Shown piece by piece: positions 63,626-64,000 of a stretch of 64,000 bases of DNA. The translations under genes and the position numbers were made by a program. The notes under the pieces were generated by a model. The model was not told the origin of the DNA, ran no database searches, and saw only the letters and a program-made list of their open reading frames with translations. Origin of the DNA: Trypanosoma brucei (taxonomy: Eukaryota); NCBI GenBank assembly GCA_000002445.1, contig CP000066.1:96001-160000 (forward strand), written 5' to 3'. The first letter of the stretch is position 1. Each line of letters opens with the position of its first letter.

Positions 63626-64000
63626 AGTAGATGGTGAAATGTAATAAATTGCACGATAATGGGCAATCGCATGTTCGGAAACACTGACGGGTTTCAACAA
63701 CAACAACAACAATAGCACCAACAGCAGTAACAAAGATTATGTATAGATGTGCGGAATAAGCATTTGAGCTTACAAAAATGACAAAACACAAAACCCGTTC
63801 TTTACTTTTGTCATCGTCTCATCTTTCCTTTTTTTTTTTGTAATTGCACTTGTTTCCCCCTCGCCCAATTCCCATCATCGCCGTTACCACTATTTTCTGC
63901 CTCACCGTAACATGTGGTTCCCCTACGCATCCTTTTTTCCCCGCTCACTCTGGGCTTTACTGCGTCGGATTTGTTGGCAAAGAAGCTCTAACTTCACCGC

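Overview
This window reads as Trypanosoma brucei-type subtelomere passing into chromosome core. Positions 1-14.3 kb hold a plus-strand VSG cassette array: five VSG genes or pseudogenes, most with a 70-bp-repeat block upstream and the conserved VSG 3'UTR 16-mer-like element downstream. The array also contains a degenerate interstitial TTAGGG tract directly downstream of the first VSG, which looks like a fossil telomere, and a frameshifted ESAG3-like pseudogene. Positions 14.3-20.3 kb are degenerate and contain a non-LTR retroelement-like relic with C2H2 zinc-finger ORFs. Positions 20.3-33.1 kb carry a minus-strand cluster of expression-site-associated-gene (ESAG)-like surface protein genes, ending in an ESAG8-like RING plus leucine-rich-repeat gene, in BES-like order but inverted relative to the VSG array. 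Positions 33.1-51 kb have no long ORFs and may be a divergent strand-switch region. After that come housekeeping genes: an ENT-family nucleoside transporter on the plus strand, then on the minus strand a secreted Pro/Ser-rich hypothetical protein, an unambiguous NAA20/NatB N-acetyltransferase and a DEAD-box RNA helicase. Product names for the ESAG-like genes are tentative. All calls rest on reading the sequence and ORF track without database searches.
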